From positions 64,978,001 through 65,042,000 of the forward strand of contig CM052817.1 of NCBI GenBank assembly GCA_028534125.1: a DNA stretch of 64,000 nucleotides. The letters are read 5' to 3'. A program made the translations under genes and the position numbers. Within the stretch, counting starts at the first letter, position 1; each line of letters opens with the position of its first letter. The notes under the pieces were generated by a model that searched no databases, was not told the DNA's origin, and saw only the letters and a list, made by a program, of their open reading frames with translations. This DNA is from Lama glama. Lineage: Eukaryota. Positions 61,289-64,000 of this stretch are shown in pieces.

Positions 61289-62863
61289 AAAAAAATCAGA
61301 TCTCAATTAACGTCCCAGCTATACCATTTATTAGTTTTGTGATCTTGAGCACTTAAGTCAGTTAACATTTTTGAGCTTCTGTTTTCTCCTCTATAAAATG
61401 GAAATAAAACACCTACTTCACAGACTTGTTAGGATCAAATGAGCTAATTTGTGTAGACAGCACTTGGTTAACATGACTCATTTATATGTGAGTTCAGTGA
61501 CCTTTCAGAGAGCATGTACTAGGTGCCAGGTACTGTTAGGCACTGATTTTATGACTGACACAGCGTGTGGCACTTTCCTTTGCAATTTTCATCTCTTAGG
61601 GCTTCCAGCTTGGTTTGTATGTAGTCTACTCCCAACTTCCCAGAAATATGTCAGCTGTGGACAGTGAAACACAATTACACTTACTCATTTACTTCTTTGT
61701 CCATTTCATATGCACCATGAATTATGAGCAAGAGGCCTGCTACTGGAAGACTTACCTTCCTTATTGGCTATTGTGAAACAAGAGAAAGTGAGGGAATCTC
61801 ATCCTTTTCCCAAACACACAGTGGAAAGGAAACGCCTCTTGGTGTGTGGGTGCAGATGCTGTCGAGGGGCTTGCCATTGCACATACTTTTCCAAGTTCCT
61901 CTGCTGTCCACACCCTGGGCCCCTGAATTGGGCACCAAGGCAAGGCATCCTTGGTAGGGCTGGATTCCACATTCTGGAGCCATGCTGCATTGTTGGAAGT
62001 TCTGTCTCAGTCTGTTCGGATGCCAAATGCTTTATACGACCCCCAACCACCAAAGAGCCTGCTGCCATCTGCCCTCCTCTCCTCTCTCAGCTCCAATTGA
62101 AGCAAGGATGGTTTCAGTCTTGCATTAGATGCTGAAAGTAACCATTAGTAATCTTGCCTCACCCTCACCTCTTCTATTTAGTAGGGCTTATATACCTCAC
62201 AGAACATTTCTCAAGAAGCTTTGTAGACCATCTCTAGAAGTGTTTGTTCACGCAACCATAGGGAGCAGGATGGTAGCGTGGCACAACTTGAAGGCACTTT
62301 AAACACACTGCAGTCTACGTCAGCAGCATCTTCTGGAGTTGTGCAGTACACAGCCTGTCCAGCCAGATGTGGTGGCCCTAGAGGGAAACTGGAAGCTTGG
62401 GAATGGTCCCCGAAATTGAATCTGAAGCTTGATCATATGTGACATCCACACTGTTTCATGCCCCTGAAAATGATTTTGGCCACTTTAATCCAGCTTTCTA
62501 GTCAGCAGTTGGAAAGTGTTCTGAGTACAGGCAAGCTTAATGCCTTGGAATCTAGCTCCTCCCCTCTATCCTAATTATCACCACCCTAGTGCAGGTCTCT
62601 ATCATCTTTCCCCTGAATTCCTGTAGCCACCACCCTCTGGTTTCCCTGCCTTCTGTCCCACCTCCCACCGCCGTCCATTTGCTGGTGTCGACAGGGTGAT
62701 CCATCTCAGTCACAGATCCACTCATGTCACGCCCCTGCCTGCAAGTCTTTAATTCCTTTCCATCGCCTCCAGGATGAAATCCAGACTCCTTAGCATGGAC
62801 ACAGGGCCTTTCATGATTTTGGCTCCTGCTCTGGTCTTCTGCTTCCTTTTTCTAGCCTTTTTT

Positions 62864-63007
62864 TAAGTTCTGTTTTTTTTTTTTTAAGTTTATTTGGGGG
62901 TGGGGGTAATTAGGTTTGTTTATTTTTTTAAAGGTGGTACTGGGGATTGAACCCAGGACCTCATGCATAGTAAGCATGTGCTCTACCATTTGAGCTATAC
63001 CCTCCCC
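62864..63007 (-). mobile_element. tRNA-derived SINE (Vic-1-like) with near-perfect TSD
   Basis: Reverse complement of the consensus; flanks ttctagcctttttt / ttctagtctttttt. Confidence 0.85.
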
Positions 63008-64000
63008 TGGTTCTAGTCTTTTTTAAATTGACGGTTGTTCAGCTATTTAGAAGTTGTGGTTTTGTTGTGATCACGAGAGGAGGCAAGTTCATGGTCCTGC
63101 TACTCCTCCGTCTTGACCGGAAACTGGTCCTCTGCTTCTGCACTGCACTGGCCCTAGTCAGGTCTGGGCCTTTGTGTCTAATATTTGCTCTTGCCAGCTC
63201 AGATGTTGAAGACAAAAGCAGAGACCAAGTACTTAACATTGAAAGGACCTCATCAGCCCACCAAATGTGGAAAAGTAACAGTCTCAAAGAAAGGTCAGGA
63301 AAGAGTCATGGCTGGCCCTCCACATGCTAACTCACAGGGGTTAGATGCTGGTGGCAAGTTCAGACAGCTCGGCAGAGAGTGAGCCCACGCTGGGCCTGCA
63401 TCACTCCACTCCCTCCTGGCCTCTGGGCTGCCGCGCAAATAAGCAGATGGCAGAAGGCCCCATGAGGGGCAGCCTCAAGTTGCCTGGGAAACAAAAGTCA
63501 GAAAATGTAGCAGAAAATGTTGAAGCCCAGGAAGTAGAAAAGCTGACTTCTGGTCATGATACCTTTAGATCTCAGTTTATCATTTTATTATAAAAGGACT
63601 GGCTCTGGCTGAGGTTTTCATATTGTGCTTCACACAACCCTAGAGGTTCCAGAGATTTTTCAAGGGCCACCTTAGGGGAAGAGAAGGGATTTAAAAGGGA
63701 TGAAATCAGCTCCCCCAGAGCAACCACACTCTTGTTAGATGCTCCGTTCTTCTGTGTAAGATTGCATCTGAAGAGAGGGTTTTATGCTGCTTAAAATGCA
63801 CTGGAAAACTCTGAAAGAGATGAACAAACAGCAGACATTCCATGAACTGACCTAGGCTGCATCTTCTCCCAGAGTTAAGGAAGACCGGTGACCAACGCCA
63901 TCAGGCGGAGCTGGGCACTGCTGGCGACCGCTCCCCCAGCCACCTGCCCCCTCTGCTCCCTCCAGCTGGGCTGCTTACCATCCAAGGATCAGTTGAACTT

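Noticed and set aside
60719..61356. ORFs of 176-207 aa
   Set aside because: Artefacts of translating the N gap.

Overview
This is a mammalian genomic window, most likely camelid, judged from five tRNA-Ala-type SINEs with an AAACCTAATTACC tail that resemble Vic-1. The + strand carries the last eight coding exons of MTTP (1925-16903). All have GT-AG boundaries and a continuous frame, and the 3'UTR contains a TSD-flanked L1 3'-end insertion. The - strand carries a convergent, single-exon 1801-aa ORF (39176-44581) recognisable as C4orf54 (DUF4585 family, related to CEFIP/C10orf71 and PROB1). Splice signals predict a non-coding first exon near 47.3 kb, an intron starting 34 nt after the stop codon, and a long transposon-poor terminal 3'UTR exon (~26.9-31.7 kb). 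The rest is ordinary mammalian interspersed repeats (L1, L2, MIR, MLT1, hAT MERs), microsatellites and a 500-N scaffold gap. There is no prokaryotic-type system (CRISPR, operon, etc.). The best lead for new biology is the poorly characterised C4orf54. Its disordered protein carries calcineurin-type docking motifs (PVISIT, YLTIP, LFVP) and blocks that resemble CEFIP, and its predicted 3'UTR contains a duplicated 70-bp module and a perfect hairpin. Gene names, human exon numbering and repeat family names are recalled from memory, not from a database search.
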